Shown piece by piece: positions 37,954-45,398 of a stretch of DNA of 49,618 nucleotides (positions are counted from its first letter, which is position 1; every line of letters begins with the position of its first letter). The translations under genes and the position numbers were made by a program. The stretch is taken from NCBI GenBank assembly GCA_020428795.1, contig JAGQME010000004.1, forward strand, positions 1 through 49,618. Reading direction: 5' to 3'. This DNA comes from Candidatus Kaiserbacteria bacterium. Lineage in GTDB: Bacteria > Patescibacteriota > Minisyncoccia > Phycocordibacterales > UBA918. Under the pieces are notes generated by a model. The model had not been told where the DNA came from. It worked only from the letters and a program-made list of their open reading frames with translations, and ran no database searches.

Positions 37954-39084
37954 TTAGAATGATGGTGTCGCTACGTAAGTTAGGACGGCAGAGTAGTCAT
38001 CACCAGCTTCTTGCAAAGAGGTAATTTCAATCTGATATCCAACTCGAGCTGCACCGATCCCAGCAGTTGTACTGTCTGCTGGCCCATTGTGACCCATAAC
38101 TAGACGTGGGGTGGTGCTAGCAGCGATAAATCTAGCTGAGAGGAAATCTGTTCCTCGGCCAGGAATCGCCAAGTCGTCCGATGTAACTCCCCAGTGTCCA
38201 TAGGTATCTGGAAGACCAAGGGTGCCAGATGGAGCTGACCATAGCGCCGGCACATCTGTGTCTGAGCCATCAGCGAAGCCGTTAATATCGGCTCCAGTTG
38301 ATGATTGAAGGGCACCATCGAGCTGTACTGTTACAGAGTAGCCATTACTTGCGTTAGTGCCTACCTGCAAATCTTGTGCAGTGGTGGTGGCCGAACCATC
38401 GGATAATTCACCAAATGGAATAGTCGTGGCGGTTGTTGCTCCAGTGGTAGTTGCCCCATTGACAACCTGACCACCAGCGACACCAGCTACTGAAAAAGTA
38501 AAAATGGTGTCAACAGCAGCCGTAACCGTAACCTCGTCTACAATAGCAACTATTGTAGATCCGGAATCATTCGGTCCGCTGGTAATATCAATATCATACG
38601 TACCCACGGCTGGGTTAGTAATTTTATTGGTACCACCAACTACGATGGTTACTTCTTCATCTGCCTCTATCTGCCCTCCGTCATCTTGACACAAAGTCAG
38701 TGTCAAAACATTTCCGGCAAATACAGCACTCATATCTTCACCTCCAGTACAGTCGGCAGCAGGCACACCTGCTGTACCAAACGAACCGTAGGTAGAGCCA
38801 CTTACATTTACATCAGTCTCATCGACCGAACCCATTGTAAAGGCTGGATCAAAGGTGACGGTAATTGTAGAGGTACTCCCATAAGCGCCATCAGCTATGA
38901 AGTAGATCGTGTGGTCCGCTTCTGTTGACGGAGCTGAGGTTGATAGAGTATCGCTAACTTCTGTGATGTTAGCAGCTCCAGCAAGCTGGAGGTACGGTAG
39001 TCCTAGTGACCAAAAAATGATCGCCAATCCTACAACCATTGCAATAGTTTTGAGCGTTCCAACGGTGTTTTCCGTTTTGAACAT
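37954..39084 (-). CDS. Secreted Thr/Gly/Ala-rich protein with WxL-like C-terminal domain; candidate major surface subunit
   Basis: 376 aa. Signal/TM LKTIAMVVGLAIIFWSLGL. C-terminal domain ...TIFTFSV...IPFGEL...VGTNASNGYSVTVQL...GHWGV...VGYQIEITSLQEAGDDYSAVLTYVATPSF. Has its own terminator and an 850-nt upstream non-coding region. Confidence 0.8.
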   Translation of the reverse strand: MFKTENTVGTLKTIAMVVGLAIIFWSLGLPYLQLAGAANITEVSDTLSTSAPSTEADHTIYFIADGAYGSTSTITVTFDPAFTMGSVDETDVNVSGSTYGSFGTAGVPAADCTGGEDMSAVFAGNVLTLTLCQDDGGQIEADEEVTIVVGGTNKITNPAVGTYDIDITSGPNDSGSTIVAIVDEVTVTAAVDTIFTFSVAGVAGGQVVNGATTTGATTATTIPFGELSDGSATTTAQDLQVGTNASNGYSVTVQLDGALQSSTGADINGFADGSDTDVPALWSAPSGTLGLPDTYGHWGVTSDDLAIPGRGTDFLSARFIAASTTPRLVMGHNGPADSTTAGIGAARVGYQIEITSLQEAGDDYSAVLTYVATPSF

Positions 39085-39469
39085 AGCTCTACGTTGTATT
39101 TTAGCCTATCAACTTGTTGTCTTGAGTTGTATGGCTCAATTAACAAGATTTGGTGTGTTGTGGTGAAACAGACACCGAAACTTAACAAAGGTCTCCACAC
39201 CTTCTATAAGCTATTTGATAAGCATATTTGTTACATAACACCCGGCTGAAGTGCCCGTCGCATACGCGACTACAACGCAGTATGATTAAAAAATACCTCT
39301 GCAACAAATACTATTACATTGTAACTTGTGTTTATTTTTTATAATAAAAACTTATACACATTTTTAGATTTTTAGACATAAACTACACAAACCAAGCTAC
39401 ATAAACGTAAGAAAAACACTGATTCTACCTTGTACAAAAAATATAAAACGAGGTCTGGATCAAAACACC

Positions 39470-39507
39470 AAAAAATAAAACTTCGGTTAACCGAAGTTTT
39501 ATTTTTT
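39470..39507. terminator. Perfect palindromic hairpin with bidirectional terminator geometry
   Basis: aaaaaataaaacttcgg-ttaa-ccgaagttttatttttt. 17-bp arms that include an A-run and a T-run. Confidence 0.7.
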
Positions 39508-39541
39508 GGTGTTTGGTAGTGTATAAATTTAGCTACGTGGG

Positions 39542-39567
39542 TATTTACGTATTTAGTTACGTAAATA
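39542..39567. promoter_or_regulatory. Operator-like inverted repeat
   Basis: tatttacgta-tttagt-tacgtaaata: 10-bp perfect arms with a 6-bp spacer. Each arm contains the palindrome tacgta. Confidence 0.25.
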
Positions 39568-39658
39568 TTTTATATTTCTCTATACTCTTTTCTATTTATA
39601 TAAATAATTTGAACACCAGATACATAGAGGGGTTGTTGGAATTAAAATATAAATCCCT

Positions 39659-39704
39659 AAAAACAAATAGTATGATATTACATAATATCATACTATTTGT
39701 TTTT
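39659..39704. terminator. 22-bp perfect inverted repeat with bidirectional terminator geometry
   Basis: aaaaacaaatagtatgatatta-ca-taatatcatactatttgttttt. Confidence 0.7.
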
Positions 39705-39717
39705 AGGTCCCATATCG

Positions 39718-39801
39718 AAGGTTTGACTGCGAGTTCCTAATTTTCTCAAGGGGAGAAAAAATTAGGAACAAAATTCGCAATATGCCCTGCGGGCATTTGC
39801 T
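39718..39801. repeat. Structured intergenic repeat A, copy 1 (84 bp identical core)
   Basis: Identical to 39851..39934. Contains a long hairpin gttcctaattttctc / gagaaaaaattaggaac, extended by tgcga/tcgca, and a GC hairpin atgccc-tgc-gggcat. Degenerate similarity extends about 9 bp further 5' (from 39709). Confidence 0.9.
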
Positions 39802-39850
39802 GCGGAGTATAAAGTAAAAACAGGCTCTGTCTGGTTTATCACCTATACCA

Positions 39851-39934
39851 AAGGTTTGACTGCGAGTTCCTAATTTTCTCAAGGGGAGAAAAAATTAGGA
39901 ACAAAATTCGCAATATGCCCTGCGGGCATTTGCT
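39851..39934. repeat. Structured intergenic repeat A, copy 2
   Basis: 84/84 identical to copy 1, with a 133-bp period. It ends 4 nt from the stop codon (39939..39941) of the dockerin gene. Confidence 0.9.
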
Positions 39935-39938
39935 CATT

Positions 39939-41057
39939 TTACCCGGTCCAGTTGAATAGTAGGATGGAGAAATCTTCAATCCCAACTCGACCGTTACCAT
40001 TGATATCAGCTGGAGGGTCAGAGTCGCCACCATTCGTTTGCCACCAGAAAATCAAAATAGAAAAGTCTGTTAGATTAACCTTACCATCTCGACTTAAATC
40101 AGACGGGGTACTAGCCTGCCCTTCTACTCCCACAAATAACTGCAAGGTGGTACTGAAATTCGTCTCGGTTCTTAGTGGTGGTGTACCAGATAAATATCTA
40201 GCCTTGACCGGGTAGGCCTTAGCCGATAGTGATCCGGTGTTATAGGTCAAAGACCATTTTCCGTTTTCATCAGCAGTAGCAGTCTGCACAATCCGACTGC
40301 CATCAATATGTACCTCAACCGTTACCCCTGGTAAGGCTTGACCGGAAAAAGTAACCACTGCCCCCGGATCAACCTGAGTCGAACTGAGTCTAAGAGTTGG
40401 TGGTAATAAGATACTGGCAATATTAGTTATAGCACCCTGAGTAACATCAAAAGTGTTATTTAGGGTTATAGAACGTGTGTTTTGATCGTCAGTCGACCAA
40501 AAACCTAAAGACACCGTCCCAGGTGAAGCATCGGTAGTAAAATTAAAACTTCCCTGACTATTGGCTCGTACACTACCCACCTGTTTGCCATCGAGCAAAA
40601 TATTAATTGTCCGATTAGGATAACCTCGTCCTGTTACGCTTATTTGCGTATCACCCAAATCTGTATTTGATCCTCCTCTTGACCCGCCACCACCGGAAGA
40701 ACCACCGCCTCCTGAACCAGCCGGTTCAATGGTACAAGTAGAACTGCAAAAGTCACCATCATCATTGTTCCCGTCATCGCATTCCTCAGCATACTGAGTT
40801 TGTAAAATACTGTCGCCACAATAAGGACCGAACAAGCACTGACTATTACACTGACGACCGGCAATCGTTGTACTGTACTGACCCGTCTCTCCAGGCACAT
40901 CACATTCTTCACCAGGGTTCACAATCAAGTCACCACAGATACTAAGATCAATGGTAGTAGTGGCCAGATAAGTTTGAGCCACTGATGTATTTGGTATAAA
41001 CCAAAAACTGATACTGACTAAAAGAAAATAATAAGAGAGTGGTGACTTCATAGACAA
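39939..41057 (-). CDS. Secreted protein: two Cys-rich (CGDxxxxxxEECDDGN-type) repeats, Gly-rich linker, Ig-like domains, C-terminal dockerin
   Basis: 372 aa, TTG start with ATG two codons later. CGDLIVNPGEECDVPG and CGDSILQTQYAEECDDGNNDDGDFCSSTC. GSGGGGSSGGGGSRGGS linker. Dockerin pair SDLSRDGKVNLTDFSILIFWW and ADINGNGRVGIEDFSILLFNW. Confidence 0.8.
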   Translation of the reverse strand: MSMKSPLSYYFLLVSISFWFIPNTSVAQTYLATTTIDLSICGDLIVNPGEECDVPGETGQYSTTIAGRQCNSQCLFGPYCGDSILQTQYAEECDDGNNDDGDFCSSTCTIEPAGSGGGGSSGGGGSRGGSNTDLGDTQISVTGRGYPNRTINILLDGKQVGSVRANSQGSFNFTTDASPGTVSLGFWSTDDQNTRSITLNNTFDVTQGAITNIASILLPPTLRLSSTQVDPGAVVTFSGQALPGVTVEVHIDGSRIVQTATADENGKWSLTYNTGSLSAKAYPVKARYLSGTPPLRTETNFSTTLQLFVGVEGQASTPSDLSRDGKVNLTDFSILIFWWQTNGGDSDPPADINGNGRVGIEDFSILLFNWTG

Positions 41058-41067
41058 CCTTCGCAGC

Positions 41068-42003
41068 CTACTTAATACGATTGCGACGGCGTGAAATGTA
41101 CATAAGGATGATCACAACAAATATAGCCAAAATCGGTAGTATTACGGATATCTTATGAGGCAAAGATAACCCAGCAAAACCGAATCCAGCCGCCTGTAAA
41201 GTACCATACGGTAAAATATTCAAATTAACTTCTCCTTCCAACTTAACATCATCATGATTCATGATTTCAAATCTAGCCATGTAGGCACCGGCCGGTAATC
41301 TGGTTGGAATTTCGGCCACTACTTGTTCGGTAGCGAATGGTTTAACTTTAGTAATCTTACCTAGGTTTTTAGTTTCTTCTAACAAAACCTTGCCAGAGGC
41401 ATCGTAAATCCTAAAGGCCACTTTAGACGGTGCCACATCAACGTTACCAGTGTTTTCCAACATCATAGAGAAATTTATTTTTCCAGGGAAGAACAACCAA
41501 CCGATTTTTTTACCTTCATTTAAATCACTGATACCAATCTTACGAATCTTAAAGTCTTCAATTACTTTATCAATTACATTAAACTCCAAATCAATCAAAG
41601 CTCCCAGCGAAATATTTACAGCACCAGCCCCCACAGCGTTATCAACCGCTCCAGTCTTTATACGCAAGGCACCATTGTAGTTTTTAAATTCAGCATCACT
41701 CGGTACCTTTACCCTAACAGTCATTGGAACCTTCTGCTCACCCCGAGGTAATATAAATTCATCACCCTCCAAAACCTCAACCCAATCAGAAAAACCAGGC
41801 GCATCTACCAATATAGAAGCTTTTAATTCGGTATTGGGATCACCACGCACAATAAGAATCTGTTGCTCGTAGGTTGAATTTCTGGTTAAGCTGGTATTTC
41901 TAACATAAGGTGGTGTGACACCAAATCCAGCAAAAACAGACTCCGTTGATATCACTAGAGAAAACAATACGATTAAGCCAACTGAAAGAAATCGAAACAT
42001 CAT
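41068..42003 (-). CDS. DUF916/DUF3324-like surface protein with C-terminal TM anchor (third paralogue)
   Basis: 311 aa. Signal peptide. GVTPPYVRNTSLTRNSTYEQQILIVRGDPNTELKASILVD...WVEVLEGDEFILPRGEQKVPMTVRVKVPSDAEFKNYNGALRI. Second lobe MMLENTGNVDVAPSKVAFRIYD...LPAGAYMARFEI. TM ISVILPILAIFVVIILMYI. Confidence 0.7.
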   Translation of the reverse strand: MMFRFLSVGLIVLFSLVISTESVFAGFGVTPPYVRNTSLTRNSTYEQQILIVRGDPNTELKASILVDAPGFSDWVEVLEGDEFILPRGEQKVPMTVRVKVPSDAEFKNYNGALRIKTGAVDNAVGAGAVNISLGALIDLEFNVIDKVIEDFKIRKIGISDLNEGKKIGWLFFPGKINFSMMLENTGNVDVAPSKVAFRIYDASGKVLLEETKNLGKITKVKPFATEQVVAEIPTRLPAGAYMARFEIMNHDDVKLEGEVNLNILPYGTLQAAGFGFAGLSLPHKISVILPILAIFVVIILMYISRRRNRIK

Positions 42004-42039
42004 TACTCGTTATAGGTTGTATTTAATTATCGCAATTAA

Positions 42040-42080
42040 AGGTAATAAAGCAAGAACCACTGCTGGATAACAGTGGTTCT
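42040..42080 (-). terminator. Likely intrinsic terminator of the 627-aa gene
   Basis: 10-bp perfect stem agaaccactg / cagtggttct (42053..42080) with an 8-nt loop. The minus-sense tail is TGCTTTATTACCTTT. Confidence 0.6.
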
Positions 42081-42116
42081 AGCTGGTTATTTTGGACTTA
42101 TCTAATCTAACCTATC

Positions 42117-44000
42117 CTACCATTGAGAAGCATCGCTGGCTGCTCCAATAAAGGTGTTTTCTCCAGTATAAGCTCCTGAGTAAGTAATCGTTCCCGGAAC
42201 GGCAATACCCCAATAAGTTTCCTTCTCAGCCTGCGTGTTAGTAGCGGTTGACTTAGAAATATTTAAGTCAAGATACTTGTAAGTTGATGATGAAAGGAAG
42301 TTACCGGCCCCCAGAGCTGTTGCGTAAGTAACTGATGAGGTGGCAAACACCTGCTCTGTTTCAGGAATAGTCGATGTCGCTGAATTAGGACAACTGAAGG
42401 CTCCTGAGTAAGTGCTACACATGGCTTGACCGGACAATTCTTGGTCCAGACCAATGTTACCGGTCGCTCTAAAGGTAGTAGTGGCTACTAGAGGGTCGGT
42501 CTGTTGACCTGGCTCAAGCTGTTGGTAAGCGATCACAAAAGTATCAAGGGCGTAGGCTAAGAAACTAACCAATTCTTGTCCGGTATTACTTTGTACGTAA
42601 GAACTGGTAGCCAAATCATCATCAACTCCTCTTACGGCTACCGACCAGTCAGTAGCAAAATGAATCGAAGTGGTGGCAGACCCATCAGTTGGATCGGCAA
42701 CATACCAAAGCGGGAAGGTACAGTCGTAGACCATAGTGGTATCTATACCGTCAACACCAAAAGTACAACTGGTTGAAGAAGCGGTACAAGACAGATTCCA
42801 AGTAGAAGTAGCCAAACCGCTTGGATAACAATTGTTTGGATTGTAATCAGCTGCGTCTGGTGTACAGGTAGTGGTACCAACGGTAGTTCTATATACAGCC
42901 AACTCATAACCAGAAATCTCTGGACCAGAAGCAGCGTTTTCACAACTATTGTCGTCAGAAACAGAGAATTGAATCTGGAAACCAGTGGTCTCGCCAGCAT
43001 CTTGAGTTAAGATGATGTCTTGACCGTCGTTAAGGGTAATTTGGTTTGATAGAACCACCGGTGGCGCATTTGAAACAGTAATATCTGATTGACCACCTTG
43101 AGCACCACCGGAAGCAGCGTGTCCGTGTTCATCAATAATATACAGGAAGACCGGATAATCATCGTCTTGAGTTGGGATAGTAATAGTATAGGTAGCGGCT
43201 GGATTTGAAGCCGACAAAGTTGAACTAGCTAGCTCAGTTGCGGTACAGGTTGAACTAGCCACATTGAAAGAAGCAGTTGAACAGACAAACAACTGAACAT
43301 CATCCTGAGCTGGCACCACGTCTGGATCACTTGAAGTAGCAGTGATAGTTACCACGCTACCCGGCAAGACCGGTGAGTCGTTACTGTAGCCAGTAAAGAC
43401 TGGACGACTGTTCATATTGAAAGGAGAAGCGGTTAGACCAGTTCCTTGTTTAGAGACAGCGTTACATCTTGGTAGGACAGGATCATCGTCACAGATCCAA
43501 GCGTACCAAGTGTTCTGCTCGTTAAAGTCATCACCGACTTCAGTGGTGGTAGTGGCGGCTCTAGCTTGTACACCACTGGTAGCAGCTGGTGAAACCGCCC
43601 ACTGAGTTGAAGTAGCGGTACAGCTAGGAGGTGCGGTTCCTAAAGAACCATAGCCAGCCGCTGCGGCCGGTACCGCTGAGTTAGGGCTATCACAGACCAG
43701 TAAGAAATAAGGTTGGTTACTAGGATCAGTGGCCGTAGCTACCCAAGCTACTTCATCACCAGAATTGGTCGGATTGGCATCTGAAGATTCAGACTCTTCT
43801 TCAGCGTCAACCGTCCAGCCTGGTGGAGTGTTTAAAACCGTAATACTGGTGGTAGCAATATTACTTTGGGCTTCTACTTTTTGGAGTTCTTTGGCTCCAA
43901 AATTAAGAATGAATATAGCAGCAAAAATGACCACCCCAACTAAACCAGTGATGATGGTAATCTTACCAGCCGAATTTTTTATTAATGACAGCTCTTTCAT
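42117..44000 (-). CDS. Cys-rich secreted surface protein with Ig-like repeats and type-2 WxL-like C-terminal domain
   Basis: 627 aa. Signal/TM ITIITGLVGVVIFAAIFIL. C-terminal ...YQQLEPGQQTD...GNIGLDQELSG...IPETEQVFATSS...ETYWGIAVPGTITYSGAYTGENTFIGAASDASQW. Its last ~300 aa are collinear with ORF 48594..49618. Confidence 0.8.
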   Translation of the reverse strand: MKELSLIKNSAGKITIITGLVGVVIFAAIFILNFGAKELQKVEAQSNIATTSITVLNTPPGWTVDAEEESESSDANPTNSGDEVAWVATATDPSNQPYFLLVCDSPNSAVPAAAAGYGSLGTAPPSCTATSTQWAVSPAATSGVQARAATTTTEVGDDFNEQNTWYAWICDDDPVLPRCNAVSKQGTGLTASPFNMNSRPVFTGYSNDSPVLPGSVVTITATSSDPDVVPAQDDVQLFVCSTASFNVASSTCTATELASSTLSASNPAATYTITIPTQDDDYPVFLYIIDEHGHAASGGAQGGQSDITVSNAPPVVLSNQITLNDGQDIILTQDAGETTGFQIQFSVSDDNSCENAASGPEISGYELAVYRTTVGTTTCTPDAADYNPNNCYPSGLATSTWNLSCTASSTSCTFGVDGIDTTMVYDCTFPLWYVADPTDGSATTSIHFATDWSVAVRGVDDDLATSSYVQSNTGQELVSFLAYALDTFVIAYQQLEPGQQTDPLVATTTFRATGNIGLDQELSGQAMCSTYSGAFSCPNSATSTIPETEQVFATSSVTYATALGAGNFLSSSTYKYLDLNISKSTATNTQAEKETYWGIAVPGTITYSGAYTGENTFIGAASDASQW

Positions 44001-44132
44001 GTTGTACTACATAATATTTACTAAACTTTATACTATTGTAACGAACTATCACCCCCACTGGGGATGAGTTATACACAAGCAGACCAAGACTGCGAATAAG
44101 TGACAGTATCTATAATCAAGGAAAAAATACTA

Positions 44133-45341
44133 TTATTCGTACCTTATAGCATCCAACGGATTAAGAGTAGCCGCTCGTCTAGCTGGAAAAATACCTGTTA
44201 GGTACCCAACTGTGGCTGAGAACAGAGCGATAAAAACCAAAAACCACATTGGGAAGGAAAACAGATTGACTGACTGACCACCAAATTGACTAGCGGCTAG
44301 GTTCAAAAGAAGATTAACCACCAACCCGAGAGTCACACCCATCAAAATACCTGACAGTCCACCAAGGAAACCGACGATGATTGACTCAGACACAAACAAC
44401 CACTTAATGTCAGCCGGAGCGGCCCCAATGGTACGCATGATCCCGATCTCCTTGGTTCTTTCAAGCAAAGTCACCGTCATGGTGTTAAACATTCCAATTG
44501 CCGACACTAATAAAGCAATTCCACCAAAAGTGGCTAAGACCACCTGTACTCCTTGGAATATCTTAGAAGCCTGTTCCACTGTTTTCGAGAGGGCTGTGAC
44601 TCGATACCCGTCTTCGATCAAAGCGTCTTCCACGGTGTTTAAAAATTCGTTACTCTCCACCCTAACTTGAACCCGCTCAAACTCCTCAATACCAAGATGT
44701 GAACGCAACTCTGGCAACATCATCAGAGCATTAAGTACCCCCTCTTCTTTGGTTATACCCTTTACCACATACTCTTTATCAATCACCACTTCGTTAATAG
44801 TATCGGTTCCATCGTTGGCTGGCACCAAAATCCTAAATTTAACCTTTTCGCCTATAAATGAATCAAGATCTTCTATTCCAAACAACTTTAAAACCGCTGG
44901 CGAAAGCATGACGCTATTTTGATCGCCAGCATCTTCATCAGTAAAAACATCACCAGCTTGAGCGGTCACACCAGCGTATCTTAGGTAAGGTGGTTCGGCT
45001 CCTTGCACAAATACGTTACCAGTCAATCCTTTGTAAGTAATGAGGGCCGGAAATCTAGCCAACGGAGCGGCATCGAGCACGTTATCCATTTCTTTGAATT
45101 TTGTCACCGTCTCTGGTGTTAGACGTAAATTTTGAGCTCCGGTGGACGAGACGCCGAGTGAAAGCAAGGTCTCACCGAACACAATCTGTTCAAGAATGAT
45201 TTGCTGAAGACCAAAACCCAGACCCACCAAAACCACCACCGCTCCGGTACCCACCCCCATACCTAAGATGGTAAGCCAAGTACGTAACGGATTGGTCTTA
45301 AAAGCTCTAGTTGAAAGTTGGGCTAAATCTCGTAATCGCAT
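44133..45341 (-). CDS. MacB/FtsX-type ABC transporter permease
   Basis: 402 aa. TM1 WLTILGMGVGTGAVVVLVGLGFGL, a large extracytoplasmic loop, then the FtsX motif IGIMRTIGAAPADIKWLFVSESIIVGFLGGLSGILMG and two more TM helices. Confidence 0.9.
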   Translation of the reverse strand: MRLRDLAQLSTRAFKTNPLRTWLTILGMGVGTGAVVVLVGLGFGLQQIILEQIVFGETLLSLGVSSTGAQNLRLTPETVTKFKEMDNVLDAAPLARFPALITYKGLTGNVFVQGAEPPYLRYAGVTAQAGDVFTDEDAGDQNSVMLSPAVLKLFGIEDLDSFIGEKVKFRILVPANDGTDTINEVVIDKEYVVKGITKEEGVLNALMMLPELRSHLGIEEFERVQVRVESNEFLNTVEDALIEDGYRVTALSKTVEQASKIFQGVQVVLATFGGIALLVSAIGMFNTMTVTLLERTKEIGIMRTIGAAPADIKWLFVSESIIVGFLGGLSGILMGVTLGLVVNLLLNLAASQFGGQSVNLFSFPMWFLVFIALFSATVGYLTGIFPARRAATLNPLDAIRYE

Positions 45342-45398
45342 TTTATAATTTAAACTTATTATACTTTATTGTTTACTAAAAAGTTTTAGAGATGCACA

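Noticed and set aside
39513-39740. A 75-aa plus-strand ORF in the long intergenic region.
   Set aside because: It has a TTG start and extremely AT-rich, repetitive Tyr/Phe/Ile/Asn content. It runs through a 22-bp palindrome and ends inside repeat A. There is no SD or homology signal.
39718-39934. A CRISPR array as the explanation for the repeat-spacer-repeat layouts, here and at 46812..47044.
   Set aside because: There are only two copies each. The repeats are 84-99 bp, far longer than CRISPR repeats, and the spacers are single. No cas genes or leader are in the window.
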